NCBI GenBank assembly: GCA_029265315.1
Contig: JAJUJM010000004.1
Span: 13,032 to 77,031, forward strand
Length of the DNA stretch: 64,000 nucleotides
DNA from: Actinomycetota bacterium
GTDB lineage: Bacteria; Actinomycetota; Coriobacteriia; Anaerosomatales; PHET01
Direction of reading: 5' to 3'
Below the pieces are notes generated by a model. It was not told the DNA's origin. It made no database searches and worked only from the letters and a program-made list of their open reading frames with translations. Shown piece by piece: positions 11,748 to 21,529 of the stretch. A program made the translations under genes and the position numbers. Each line of letters opens with the position of its first letter. Positions within the stretch are counted from its first letter, which is position 1.

Positions 11748-12431
11748 CTACTCTCGCTTCGGGGCCTTGGGGTACGGTTCGCCGCAGGTCATCTTACCTT
11801 CACGACACGGACCACGACGGCACGACGCGCCCGCGTCCATGAAGATGTACGGAGCGGTCGGCTCGACCAGCTCGAGCATGGCGAGCGCCGCCTCGCGGAT
11901 CTCCCACTGCGCGCGCCTGCAACAGCGCAGTTCGAAGAAGTGGAGCAGCTCACGGATGTTCATCGTGACGACGATCTTGGTCTCGACAGCGTTCGGGAGC
12001 AGGTAACGCGCGTCCTCGGCGTCGACTCCGGAATCGATGAGCGCGCGGTAGGCCGCGAAGGCGGCCGCGGTCGCCTCGTTGAAGCGGGCCTCGGCCTCAG
12101 GGTCGGCCGCCACGCGCGGCGGCACGATGAAGCCGGGCTCTTCAGCGAAGGAGACGTAGCGCTGCGACTGCTGGTTGTAGCTGGCGAGCCGGTGACGCAC
12201 GAGCTGGTGTGTCATCGCACGGCTCACGCCGTCGATCGCGAAGGTGTAGCTCGCATGCTCGAGCGCCGAGAAGTGGCCGCTCGTCATGATGACGCGCAGC
12301 ACCCTCGTGACCGCATCGTCGTCCATCTCGTCCATGAGCTCGGCCGCCCCGACCGGCGCGTAGCACAGCCGGGCGGCGACCGCCACGGCGCGTTCGGGGT
12401 CTGGCGTGTGGTAGAGCAGACGGACGTCCAT
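11748..12431 (-). CDS. thyX: flavin-dependent thymidylate synthase
   Basis: ThyX signature RHRLASYNQQSQRY. ATG at 12431 is preceded by a GAGGAG SD. The Cys-rich C-terminal tail is CRRGPCREGKMTCG. Confidence 0.9.
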   Translation of the reverse strand: MDVRLLYHTPDPERAVAVAARLCYAPVGAAELMDEMDDDAVTRVLRVIMTSGHFSALEHASYTFAIDGVSRAMTHQLVRHRLASYNQQSQRYVSFAEEPGFIVPPRVAADPEAEARFNEATAAAFAAYRALIDSGVDAEDARYLLPNAVETKIVVTMNIRELLHFFELRCCRRAQWEIREAALAMLELVEPTAPYIFMDAGASCRRGPCREGKMTCGEPYPKAPKRE

Positions 12432-12557
12432 CCTCACTCCTCGTACCCGGCGCGTGACACGCATTCGCGCACCAACCGCACCGTCGCGGCAAACACGAGA
12501 GGCGCCGCTACGGTGCGACGCCTCCCCATTCTAGTCGTAGAAGCGCAGCGCGAGAGA

Positions 12558-13022
12558 CTACTCGGCGGCTTCCTCCACCGACGCTTCAGTGGCCTCGTCC
12601 GCCGCATCCTCGGTCGAGTCCGCCACCTCATCGGCCGGGGCGTCCTCGACGTCGGTCGCCTTCGCCGCGTTCTTGGCGGCCTTGATCTCGTACTCGGCGG
12701 CCTTGGCGGCCTTGGCGGCCTCCTTCGCCTCGCGCTCCTGCTTGGCCGCGATGGCGGCCTCCTCAGCGGCCTTGCGACGGGCCTCCTTCTCAGCGGCCTC
12801 CTTCTCGAGCACCGCTGCGGCAGCGGACCCGAACTTGTCGCTGAACCGCTGGACACGACCACCGGTGTCGACGAACTTCTGCTGACCCGTGAAGAACGGG
12901 TGGCACTGGTTGCAGAGTTCGACGTGGAGCTCACCGCCCGCGGTCGAACGCGTCTCGAACCGGTTCCCGCACGAGCAGACGATCGTGGTCGCCTCGTAGT
13001 TGGGATGGATACCCTGCTTCAC
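12558..13022 (-). CDS. rpmE: 50S ribosomal protein L31 (type A, Zn-binding) with long acidic/Ala-Lys-rich C-terminal extension
   Basis: GTG at 13022 lies 10 nt after GGAGG. The N-terminus reads (M)KQGIHPNY, followed by CSC...[10 protein letters not shown]. The L31 core of about 70 aa is followed by about 85 aa of A/E/K-rich sequence. Confidence 0.9.
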   Translation of the reverse strand: MKQGIHPNYEATTIVCSCGNRFETRSTAGGELHVELCNQCHPFFTGQQKFVDTGGRVQRFSDKFGSAAAAVLEKEAAEKEARRKAAEEAAIAAKQEREAKEAAKAAKAAEYEIKAAKNAAKATDVEDAPADEVADSTEDAADEATEASVEEAAE

Positions 13023-13044
13023 CTTGAACACACCTCCGATGGTG

Positions 13045-13064
13045 CCTTGGTTTCCGACCAAGGC
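13045..13064 (-). promoter_or_regulatory. hairpin in rpmE 5' leader
   Basis: GCCTTGGT-ttccg-ACCAAGGC stem-loop just upstream of the rpmE SD. Function unknown. Confidence 0.25.
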
Positions 13065-13233
13065 GTGAGGACAGCCCGCGTAGTCTAGCACCGTGGATGC
13101 GTCAGGGCAATCGTCTCGTCGCACCGTGCGTGACGATCATCTGACGCCAAGGCGACGGGTTCGTGGCGGTCGTCATCGCTGTGGCGTCCGGAGGGTAGAG
13201 ACATCTTGTCATCAAGAAGGAGGTGTGCCGGCC

Positions 13234-14154
13234 ATGACACAACACCCTGCGACAACCGACCCGCCGCGCACGATGAGTCGTCGAGGCGGAGCCAAGGCCC
13301 TTCGTCTCCTCGCCTCGCTGCTCGTTCTGGCCCTTCTGGCAAGCGCCGTCTCCGGCTGCTCCCGTACGGCCACACCTCGGCCGTCGACGCCGACCCTCCG
13401 CCCGACGCCGCCGACGCCCGCCCCCACCGAGACGCGCGTGCTGGCGTATTTCACCCGAGGCGAGAAGGTGGGTGTCGCCGCCAGGTTCGTGCGCGTGGAA
13501 CCGACCACGACGGCACTGGCGCGAGCAGCGATGCAGGCCCTCGTTGCCGGTCCGAGCGACGAGGAACGGCAGTTCGGACTTGGGACCGCGATCCCGCAGG
13601 GCACACGCGTGAACGGGGTCACGATCCGAGACAAGGTCGCGACTGTCGACTTGAGCCCGGAGTTCGCGTCTGGCGGTGGCTCGCTGTCGATGCTCTTGCG
13701 CGTGGCCCAGGTCGTGTGCACGTTGACCCAGTTCGACGACATCGAGCGCGTGGCATTCGCGCTGGACGGCGAGGGGGTCCCGGCGATCGGCGGCGAGGGC
13801 GTCATCGTCGACCCGCCGGTGTCGCGCGCAGACTTCGAGGAGCAGCTCCCGGCGATCCTCGTCGAGTCCCCGGCGCCGGGTGAGGCCGTTTCAAGCCCGC
13901 TGACCGTCTCCGGCAGCTCGAACGTGTTCGAGGCGACACACCAGCTTGCCATCACGGACCCCGACGGCCTGATCATCGCGGAGAAGACCGTGACCGCCAC
14001 GAGTGGCACCGGCACGCGAGGCTCATGGAGCGAGACCGTCACCTTCGGCCCCGTGAAGCGCGACGGGCTGGGCGCGGTGATCGCGTTCGAGCTCTCGGCG
14101 AAGGACGGCTCCAGACAGAACGTGGTCGAGATCCCGGTCAGGATGACCAGGTAG
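13234..14154 (+). CDS. lipoprotein with GerMN-like and Gmad2 Ig-like domains
   Basis: ATG at 13234 follows AAGGAGG. The signal peptide carries lipobox LLASAVSGC. The sequence LAYFTRGEKVG...ALVAGPSDEE...ATVDLS resembles GerMN, and the C-terminus (VSSPLTVSGSSNVFEATHQLAITD...) resembles Gmad2. One of only two plus-strand genes. Confidence 0.65.
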   Translation: MTQHPATTDPPRTMSRRGGAKALRLLASLLVLALLASAVSGCSRTATPRPSTPTLRPTPPTPAPTETRVLAYFTRGEKVGVAARFVRVEPTTTALARAAMQALVAGPSDEERQFGLGTAIPQGTRVNGVTIRDKVATVDLSPEFASGGGSLSMLLRVAQVVCTLTQFDDIERVAFALDGEGVPAIGGEGVIVDPPVSRADFEEQLPAILVESPAPGEAVSSPLTVSGSSNVFEATHQLAITDPDGLIIAEKTVTATSGTGTRGSWSETVTFGPVKRDGLGAVIAFELSAKDGSRQNVVEIPVRMTR

Positions 14155-14200
14155 GCCTCGGCGCGCTGCGTTGACCCAGTGGGCCCGTCGCCTCTTCGTA

Positions 14201-15550
14201 CTACAGGTCGATGCCGTTGCGCGAATCCCCCGCCTTGCGCGCCATCTTCGCCAGGAACTCCATGTTCGAGTTCGTCTGCTTCAGGCCCTTGATGAGCATG
14301 TCCATGGCCCGCTCGGGACTGTCGATACCGTGCAGGATGCGGCGCACGCCCCACACGAAGGGCGCCTCCTGAGGATCGAGCAACAGCTCCTCTTTCCGGG
14401 TCCCGGAGCTGATGACGTCGATCGCAGGGAAGATCCGCCGATCGGCCAAAGCGCGGTCGAGCCTGAGCTCCATGTTTCCGGTCCCCTTGAACTCCTCGAA
14501 GATGACCTCGTCCATCTTCGAACCGGTGTCGATGAGAGCGGTGGCGAGGATCGTGAGCGACCCCCCGTTCTCGATGTTGCGCGCCGCACCGAAGAACTTC
14601 TTGGGCGGATACAGCGCTTGAGAGTCCACACCGCCGGACAGGATGCGCCCGGATGCCGGCGTGGCCAGGTTGTACGCCCGCGCCAGACGCGTGATCGAGT
14701 CGAGGAGGATGACGACGTCGCGGCCGCTCTCGACGAGTCGCTTCGCGCGCTCCATCGTGAGCTCGGCGACCTGGATGTGCTGCTCGCTGGGCATGTCGAA
14801 GGTCGACGAGATGACCTCGCCATGGATCGAGCGCTCCATGTCGGTGACTTCCTCTGGGCGCTCGTCGACGAGCAGGCACATCAGGTGGACGTCCGGGTCG
14901 TTGGCGGTGATCGACGCAGCGATGTCCTTGAGCACGGTGGTCTTGCCGGCCTTGGGTGGCGACACGATGAGTCCGCGCTGCCCTTTGCCGATCGGGGCCA
15001 CGAGGTCGATGGTCCTGGCCGTCAGGTACTGAGCGCCATGCTCCATGCGCAGACGCTGGTCTGGGTAGACCGGCGTGAGGTCGGCGAACTTCGGGCGACC
15101 GCGGTTCGCTTCCGGGTCGCGGCCGTTGACCTCATCAAGACGCTGCAGCGCCGGATACTTCTCATTGTCGCGCGGGGGGCGGACCTGCCCCTTGATCATG
15201 TCGCCTCGACGAAGCTCGTTGCGGCGGACGGTCGACATCGAGACGTAGACGTCACGGTCTCCGGGCAGGTAACCACTCGTGCGCACGAAGCCGTAGCCCT
15301 CGGGAAGCACGTCGAGGATGCCGCTGATCTCGATGAAGCCTTCGGAGCGTACCTTGGCCTCGAGAACGGCGTCGATGATCTCGTCTTTCTTCTTGAGCGG
15401 CTTGTGGTCTATCGACAGCTCGGTGGCCATCTCTCGCAGCTGCGCCACGGTCAGCGCGCTGAGCTGCTCGCGGGTCACGCTCGGCTTGGGCGCCTCCTGA
15501 GACGCGCCGCCACCGCCACGGCGGCCGCGCTTGCGGGGTCGTGCACTCAT
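14201..15550 (-). CDS. rho: transcription termination factor Rho
   Basis: ATG at 15550 overlaps the tal stop (ATGA). Contains Walker [13 protein letters not shown]. The N-terminal RNA-binding domain is preceded by a short R/G-rich tail. Confidence 0.95.
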   Translation of the reverse strand: MSARPRKRGRRGGGGASQEAPKPSVTREQLSALTVAQLREMATELSIDHKPLKKKDEIIDAVLEAKVRSEGFIEISGILDVLPEGYGFVRTSGYLPGDRDVYVSMSTVRRNELRRGDMIKGQVRPPRDNEKYPALQRLDEVNGRDPEANRGRPKFADLTPVYPDQRLRMEHGAQYLTARTIDLVAPIGKGQRGLIVSPPKAGKTTVLKDIAASITANDPDVHLMCLLVDERPEEVTDMERSIHGEVISSTFDMPSEQHIQVAELTMERAKRLVESGRDVVILLDSITRLARAYNLATPASGRILSGGVDSQALYPPKKFFGAARNIENGGSLTILATALIDTGSKMDEVIFEEFKGTGNMELRLDRALADRRIFPAIDVISSGTRKEELLLDPQEAPFVWGVRRILHGIDSPERAMDMLIKGLKQTNSNMEFLAKMARKAGDSRNGIDL

Positions 15551-16209
15551 GCGTTCTTCACTTTCTCCCAATCGGCCAGGAACGACTCGAGGCCTCTGTC
15601 GGTCAGCGGGTGCTTGACGAGGTTCTTCAGGACGGCGAACGGCACGGTCGCGATATCGGCCCCCATCAACGCCGCCTGCGTCACGTGGTTCGCGGAACGC
15701 ACGGACGCCGCGATGACCTCGACCTTGTGGCCGAAGTCGTAGTTCGAGAGCGCCGTCACCACATCGCCGAGCTGCGCTATGCCGTCCTCACTGATGTCAT
15801 CGAAACGCCCGACGAACGGCGAGATGTAGGCCGCGCCGGCACGAGCGGCCAGCATGGCCTGCGGGACCGTGAAACACAGGGTCATGTTGACCTTGATGCC
15901 CTTGGCGTGAAGCATCTTGGTCGCCGCAAGCCCCTCCGGCATCGTCGGCACCTTGACGATGAGGTTCGGCGCTATAGCCGCGAGCTCCTCGCCTTCCCGC
16001 ACGATCTCATCGCGAGTGAGGCCCACGGTCTCACCCGAGACGGGACCATCGACGATCTCACATATGCGCCTCAGGTGGGCGTGGAAGTCCGCCAGCTTCC
16101 CGCCGATGCGGGCATAGAGCGTGGGGTTGGTCGTCACCCCCGCCAGCACCCCCCAGCTCGCGGCCTCTTCGATCTCGGCGATGTCCGCCGTGTCCAAGAA
16201 GAACTTCAC
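15547..16209 (-). CDS. transaldolase / fructose-6-phosphate aldolase (short Tal family)
   Basis: MKFFLDTADIAEIEEA...GVTTNPTL plus the Schiff-base lysine region IVKVPTM. 220 aa. Confidence 0.9.
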   Translation of the reverse strand: MKFFLDTADIAEIEEAASWGVLAGVTTNPTLYARIGGKLADFHAHLRRICEIVDGPVSGETVGLTRDEIVREGEELAAIAPNLIVKVPTMPEGLAATKMLHAKGIKVNMTLCFTVPQAMLAARAGAAYISPFVGRFDDISEDGIAQLGDVVTALSNYDFGHKVEVIAASVRSANHVTQAALMGADIATVPFAVLKNLVKHPLTDRGLESFLADWEKVKNA

Positions 16210-16266
16210 GTCAGTCCTGTTCCTTTCGTCTCGGTCTGTCGGTGTGCGCCGGTCCGATGCGACGCG

Positions 16267-17202
16267 CTACTCGTCGGTGATGGCCCGCTGGACGACGCAC
16301 TCGAGAACGTCGGCCACGGTCCGGTCCAGCTGGTGGCTGTAGATCAGCGGTATCCCATGCTCCCGCGCCATTCCCTCGATATAGGCTCCAAGCGTTCTGA
16401 TGCTCTTGAAGCCTGAACGGTACCGGTCAAGCGGGCGTGACCCTTCCGTCTGCACTTCCCGGATGTAGAAATGACTGAGGTGCGACTGCTCGTCATCGAC
16501 GCCGATCACGATGTGCACGACCCGCGCCGATTCGAACTGGGACGGATCGATGTATCCCGGCACGAGGTGGATCCCCTCTATCACCATCGACGTTCCCTCG
16601 AGCACGGCCCTGTCGATGAGTGACTTCACGCCGGAGGAGACGACCGCGGTCTGCTCGCGGAATCCGACGATCACGGGATCGGCGCCTTCCGGCACCGGGA
16701 CTCTCAAGCCACGCCACGCCGAGAAAGCGCTCTCATGGATGGCGGGCAGCAACTCCTTACTGAATATACCACGCATCACCTGGCGTATGGAATCAGTCGA
16801 GCTGATGCGGGTGATACCGAGCCTGTGCGCCACTTCCGTGGCGATCGTGGACTTCCCAACCCCGGTTGTTCCCCCGATGAGGACGATGAGAGGCCGGTCC
16901 AGACGGCCGACCTCGCGCAGACGCAGGTAGCGATGCGCGTACTCCTCTCCGGCCATACGGGTCAGGTAGTCGGTCGTGAGCTCACGCAGCCGCTCGCTCG
17001 ATACCGATAGTTCAGCTCGTTCGCGCAGGTCGTCCTGGATCAACGCGGCTATCTCGTAGGCGCGGCTGGGCGGAAGCCCTGTGGCCGTCAGGGACTGCGC
17101 CAGCAGACCTTTGCTGAACGGGAGGCCATGCGCCTTGTCGGTGATGGTGATGCTGGGATGGCGATCAGGCACCGCTCCCACTCCTTCGCTTCCGCTCGGC
17201 AC
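16267..17202 (-). CDS. 2-phosphoglycerate kinase
   Basis: About 311 aa. An N-terminal ATP-cone-like segment (PFSKGLLAQSLTATGL...) is followed by P-loop LIGGTTGVGKST. Overlaps and follows the cDPG synthetase gene. The exact start is uncertain. Confidence 0.7.
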   Translation of the reverse strand: MPSGSEGVGAVPDRHPSITITDKAHGLPFSKGLLAQSLTATGLPPSRAYEIAALIQDDLRERAELSVSSERLRELTTDYLTRMAGEEYAHRYLRLREVGRLDRPLIVLIGGTTGVGKSTIATEVAHRLGITRISSTDSIRQVMRGIFSKELLPAIHESAFSAWRGLRVPVPEGADPVIVGFREQTAVVSSGVKSLIDRAVLEGTSMVIEGIHLVPGYIDPSQFESARVVHIVIGVDDEQSHLSHFYIREVQTEGSRPLDRYRSGFKSIRTLGAYIEGMAREHGIPLIYSHQLDRTVADVLECVVQRAITDE

Positions 17203-18526
17203 CGCGTTGCAGCGCCAGCTCGCAGGCGCGCTCGACGAGGCGGTCCAGGTCGTGGCCGTCCACCGCGACCGGTACGTTGTCGCAAAGCACTGTCGGGACT
17301 CCGGCCTCCTCGCCGGCCGCCGCGACGACGTCGATCGCCGCGGCCTTGAGCTCGGTGAGCAGGGTGTCGAAGCGACCCTCGTTCGCGGCGAGGTCGGCGC
17401 GCAGGTGCGCCCGGTCGGACAGAGCGGTGCTCACCGCCACGACCTCGCATCCATGCTCCGACTCCAGGTACTCCGTCAGGCGGGGGACCACCTGCCGCGG
17501 CGCCGTCGTCGCGAACAGCACACGCCGGCCTTCGACGGATTCGATGGGCGTGGGACGAAACGTCGTGGCGACCACCGGCACCTCAGGGGCCACCGAAGCG
17601 ATGGCCCGCCGCACGGCATCGAGCTCGTCGGGTGTGCACAGGGGCTCTTCCGCAGAGGAGATGACGACCAGGTCGGCCCGGCGCACGCGGTACGGTCCGA
17701 AGTAGTCGCGTACGTAACCAACCCCGCGACTGGCGCTCACCACCACGATGGTCGCGTCGGCGTGGACCGGCGGAATCGCCGCGCCTGAGCCTTCGAGCAC
17801 CATGAGCTGCTTGCCCAGGGTATCGGCGAGCCTGGCCCCGTCGGGCACGTTGCTGAAGTACGTCTCTCCTGCCAGACCTCCGCCGCAGCGCCGACATCCC
17901 ACGGTGGTGACGCGGCTCATCACCGCGTCCTCGTAGTTGTCGCTCGATGCGTGTTTGCCCTGACGCGCGAATTCGAGCAGGTCAGCGGTCGTGAGCGACA
18001 CCTCGTCGCCGTGGATGACCTCCGGCTCAGAAGGACCGCCGCGACCCATGGCGAGCACCACGATGTCGTGACCGGCAGCCTTGAGCGCTCGCGCGACATA
18101 CGCGGACACCGCTGTCTTGCCGACCCGCTTGCCCGTCCCGATGACGCCGAGCGTCGGGGTGCACGGCTCAACCCGGGGCCTCGGCGGCACGAACGAGAAG
18201 TCGGCGCCTCGGTACTCGACCCCGCGACCCAGGACCAGGGACGCGAGCGAGAACCGGTCGGCCGCGGACAGGACCGGCTCATCAGACAGGTCGACCACGA
18301 CATCGGGTGCGTGACGGTCGATCGCGCCCAGGATGACGGCAGCGGGGTCCTCGCCGGCCAAGACCGGCACGCCGTACGCCTCGAAGCCGTTGGCCAGGTC
18401 GACCTTCTCGGTACCACCGACGAACACAGCAGCAACGACCTCGGCATCATTGCCGAGGGCCGCCAGCGCGAACCGCACGACCGGCGGATAGTGCTCGCCG
18501 TCGATGAGCGCGACCACCCTCTTCAT
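17165..18526 (-). CDS. cyclic 2,3-diphosphoglycerate synthetase-like protein
   Basis: ATG at 18526 (MKRVVALIDGEHYPPVV...). Contains GTGKRVGKTAVS P-loop-like motif. About 453 aa, the size and N-terminal signature I associate with archaeal CPGS. Paired with 2PGK. Confidence 0.65.
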   Translation of the reverse strand: MKRVVALIDGEHYPPVVRFALAALGNDAEVVAAVFVGGTEKVDLANGFEAYGVPVLAGEDPAAVILGAIDRHAPDVVVDLSDEPVLSAADRFSLASLVLGRGVEYRGADFSFVPPRPRVEPCTPTLGVIGTGKRVGKTAVSAYVARALKAAGHDIVVLAMGRGGPSEPEVIHGDEVSLTTADLLEFARQGKHASSDNYEDAVMSRVTTVGCRRCGGGLAGETYFSNVPDGARLADTLGKQLMVLEGSGAAIPPVHADATIVVVSASRGVGYVRDYFGPYRVRRADLVVISSAEEPLCTPDELDAVRRAIASVAPEVPVVATTFRPTPIESVEGRRVLFATTAPRQVVPRLTEYLESEHGCEVVAVSTALSDRAHLRADLAANEGRFDTLLTELKAAAIDVVAAAGEEAGVPTVLCDNVPVAVDGHDLDRLVERACELALQRGAERKRRSGSGA

Positions 18527-18548
18527 CGAATGACCCCCGTCCTGCCTC

Positions 18549-19367
18549 TCACAGCAGGTCCTCAACGATCACCTCGTCGAGCTCGGATGCTCGCACCCCC
18601 GGACGCCAGCGACAGTGGCGCCGATTGATGTCGGAGAAATCGGCGACCACCTCGCCATCGACGAACGGCTCCTTGCGAAGGACCCGCACGCGACCCTGCG
18701 GATATATCTCGATGATGTTGTAGCAGGGACGCACCTTGCCACGCAGGCGATGTGTGCAACAGGTACCCGCGTTGACGATCAGCATGTCTTCGAGACGCCA
18801 CACGTTGGGGACGTGCTTGTGGCCGCACAGCACGATGTCAACGCCGTTGTTGGCGAGGACGCGAAGCAGGTCGCCGGCATCGTGCACGATGTTGCGTTCG
18901 CGGCCCGTGCCGGGGACGGGGACCAGGTGATGGTGCATCGCGACGAGCTTCACCTCGTCAAGGCAGTCCGCGAACCGCTCCTCGATCCAACGGTACCGCT
19001 CACGGCCGACCCGTCCGGTGTCGAGGTCGGGCTCGCTGGAATCGACACCCAGCACCCGCACGCCTCCGTGCTCGAGCTCGGAGTTGCGGGCGCCGAACAG
19101 CTCGGCGTAGTGCTCATCGCCCACGTTGCGTGCGTCGTGGTTCCCCATCATCACGACGCGACGATTGCAGGCGATCCGGTCGAGCAGGTTCTTCGCCTGC
19201 TCGAACTCGTGCCGGAAACCCATGTCGGTCAAGTCACCCGTCACGATGACCACGTCAGGGCACAACAGATTGAGCTCATCTATGACACGCTTGGCCAATG
19301 ACGGGATGTGGTAGCGCGACCCGCAATGCAGGTCCGAGATGTGTGCGATGACGGTCGGAGCGCTCAT
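18549..19367 (-). CDS. metallophosphoesterase (calcineurin-like)
   Basis: Motifs ISDLHCG, TGDLTD, GNHDARN and CGHKHVP. Confidence 0.85.
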   Translation of the reverse strand: MSAPTVIAHISDLHCGSRYHIPSLAKRVIDELNLLCPDVVIVTGDLTDMGFRHEFEQAKNLLDRIACNRRVVMMGNHDARNVGDEHYAELFGARNSELEHGGVRVLGVDSSEPDLDTGRVGRERYRWIEERFADCLDEVKLVAMHHHLVPVPGTGRERNIVHDAGDLLRVLANNGVDIVLCGHKHVPNVWRLEDMLIVNAGTCCTHRLRGKVRPCYNIIEIYPQGRVRVLRKEPFVDGEVVADFSDINRRHCRWRPGVRASELDEVIVEDLL

Positions 19368-19388
19368 GCCTCCTCACCTTCCCCGCGG

Positions 19389-20426
19389 TCAGCGCGGCAG
19401 ACGGCCCCTGACGCTCGTGTCGGGAATCGACGGTGATGCGCCCTCAAGACGCGCGAGGACCCGAGTCAACCCCATGAGGGTACGGAACAGTTCGCCGAAC
19501 TCGTCTTCGTACGTGATGATCTCGTAGTCCCCCTTGATCCCGCCTGCGTCGGCGGCGGCATCGAGCGCGTCCTCATAGGTCCCTATCTTGTCGACCAGGC
19601 CAAGCTCTTTGGCCCGCTCGCCACTCCATGTCCAGCCCGTGGCGAGCGAGGCGACCTCCGAGCGCTTGAGCTTCCGGCCCTCGGCCACGATGTCGATGAA
19701 CTGTCCGTAGGCCTCGTCGACCTCGCCTTGGATGAGCGCGCGCTCCTCATTGGTGAGCGGGCGGTACGGGCTGCCGGTGTCCTTGTTCTTGCCCGCGGTG
19801 ATCACCGTGAACTCGATGCCCACCTTGTCCAGCAACTCGGAGGCGTTCGGGATCTGCGCGATGACGCCGATGCTGCCGACCGCGGTGCCGGGCAACGCCC
19901 AGATCTCGTCGGCCTGAGAGGAGATCATGTACGCGCCGGATGCATTGACGTCTCCACTCGACACCACCACCGGCTTGGTGCACTGCTTCACGTAGCGAGC
20001 GATCTCCTGGCTCGCGGCGACCGTGCCGCCGGGAGAATCGACACGCAGGACGATCGCCTTGACCGAGTCGTCCTGCTGCGCTTGGTCCAGCGTGTCGTAG
20101 AAGCTCTCCGGGGTGATGTAGTCACCGTAACCGTCTCCAACGCCGACGATCGGAGCGTCGATGCGGATCACGGCGACGCCCTCACCGCTGTCGCTCACGG
20201 ACTCGAAACCGTCACCGGCGAGCATCACGAAGGGAAGCGCGCAACTGCCCACGAGCAACACGACCACGACCAGGGTCCCGAGAAGCCACCAGATCCACGC
20301 CTTGGAGCGAGGCCGAGCCGCCCGATCATGGGGCTGCGCAGAGAATCGGCCATCCGCGTCCGGTCGAGGATGCCCAGGTTGCGGGGCCGCCACAGGCGGA
20401 ACTGGAGGGGGTGCCTGTTCGGACAT
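19389..20426 (-). CDS. sppA: signal peptide peptidase SppA (36K type, S49)
   Basis: ATG at 20426 (MSEQAPPP...). One TM, then IVLRVDSPGGTVAASQEI and the S49 core. The 61-aa extension in the track was rejected. Confidence 0.85.
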   Translation of the reverse strand: MSEQAPPPVPPVAAPQPGHPRPDADGRFSAQPHDRAARPRSKAWIWWLLGTLVVVVLLVGSCALPFVMLAGDGFESVSDSGEGVAVIRIDAPIVGVGDGYGDYITPESFYDTLDQAQQDDSVKAIVLRVDSPGGTVAASQEIARYVKQCTKPVVVSSGDVNASGAYMISSQADEIWALPGTAVGSIGVIAQIPNASELLDKVGIEFTVITAGKNKDTGSPYRPLTNEERALIQGEVDEAYGQFIDIVAEGRKLKRSEVASLATGWTWSGERAKELGLVDKIGTYEDALDAAADAGGIKGDYEIITYEDEFGELFRTLMGLTRVLARLEGASPSIPDTSVRGRLPR

Positions 20427-20587
20427 CGAGCGCCTTTCGAGGGGATGGTCGCGCCGTGGCGTGCGGGCGCGGGGATGGATTGATTCTTCCCCACCTAGGG
20501 CCGACTGGTCAACACGGATCGTTCCGGGCGTTCGCGAAGAGGGTCGATCCGCATGGGTGACGGGGCGGTCCGCACCCCACGGATCAC

Positions 20588-21529
20588 CTAGAGCAGGCGC
20601 GCACCCCAACGGTCGATGGCCACCGCCTGAGGCAGACGCCGGGTACCAAGAGCGAGGATGCGCGACGCGGCCCGCTCAGCGATACCGCGGGCCAGCTCGT
20701 GCGCCGCGCGGTCCGTGTCACCGGCGACGAGCCCGATCACCGTCGGCCCCGCACCGGAGAGCGCGACACCGGAGGCGCCGGAGGCCCGCAGGATGTCGGC
20801 GACTTCTCGCAGGTCGCCTACGGCCGCCTCGCGGTATGGCTCGTGCAAGCGGTCCGCGAGCGCATCACCGAACAGCTCGGGGCGTCCCGCGGCGATGGAG
20901 GCGGCGAGCAGGCCCGCGTGTGCCACGTTGAAGGCGGCGTCGCGGTGCGGGACCGCCTCAGGAAGCATCGCGCGGGCCACGGACGTCGCGAGCTCCTTGG
21001 TCGCAGGCACGGCGACCACGGCGAGGCCCCGAGCGGGCTCGAAGCGGGCGCAGCGGGCGCGGCCCTCGACCGACCAGCAGACGGTGAAGCCACCGAACAG
21101 AGCCGCAGCGACATTGTCCGGATGCCCCTCCAGCTCGGCGGCGAGCTCCAGACGCCGCTCATCACCGAAGTCGGCGTCGGCCAACGCCTCGCCCAAGAGC
21201 AGACCACCGACGATCGCCGCGCTCGAGGAGCCCAGTCCGCTCCCGGTGGGAATGGTGTTCAGACAGCTGATGCGGGCCTTGAGCTCCGGCCTGCCCGCCT
21301 CGGCGAACGCACGGGCCATCGACCGGGCCACGACATTGTCCTCGCCCGTCGAGAGGGTGCCCGCGCCTTCGCCGCTCACCTCGACGCGCCACTCGGAGGC
21401 CAGCTCGGCTTCGAAGCGGTTGTGCAGGTCCAACGCCAGCCCGAAACTGTCGAACCCGGGTCCGAGGTTGGCCGAGGTGGCCGGAACGAGAACCGCTGCC
21501 CCCACGGCTGGCCTACAGGTCCTCGACAC
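20588..21529 (-). CDS. thrB: homoserine kinase
   Basis: GHMP kinase motifs PATSANLGPGFDS and PTGSGLGSSSAAIVGG. Overlaps the hom stop. Confidence 0.92.
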   Translation of the reverse strand: MSRTCRPAVGAAVLVPATSANLGPGFDSFGLALDLHNRFEAELASEWRVEVSGEGAGTLSTGEDNVVARSMARAFAEAGRPELKARISCLNTIPTGSGLGSSSAAIVGGLLLGEALADADFGDERRLELAAELEGHPDNVAAALFGGFTVCWSVEGRARCARFEPARGLAVVAVPATKELATSVARAMLPEAVPHRDAAFNVAHAGLLAASIAAGRPELFGDALADRLHEPYREAAVGDLREVADILRASGASGVALSGAGPTVIGLVAGDTDRAAHELARGIAERAASRILALGTRRLPQAVAIDRWGARLL

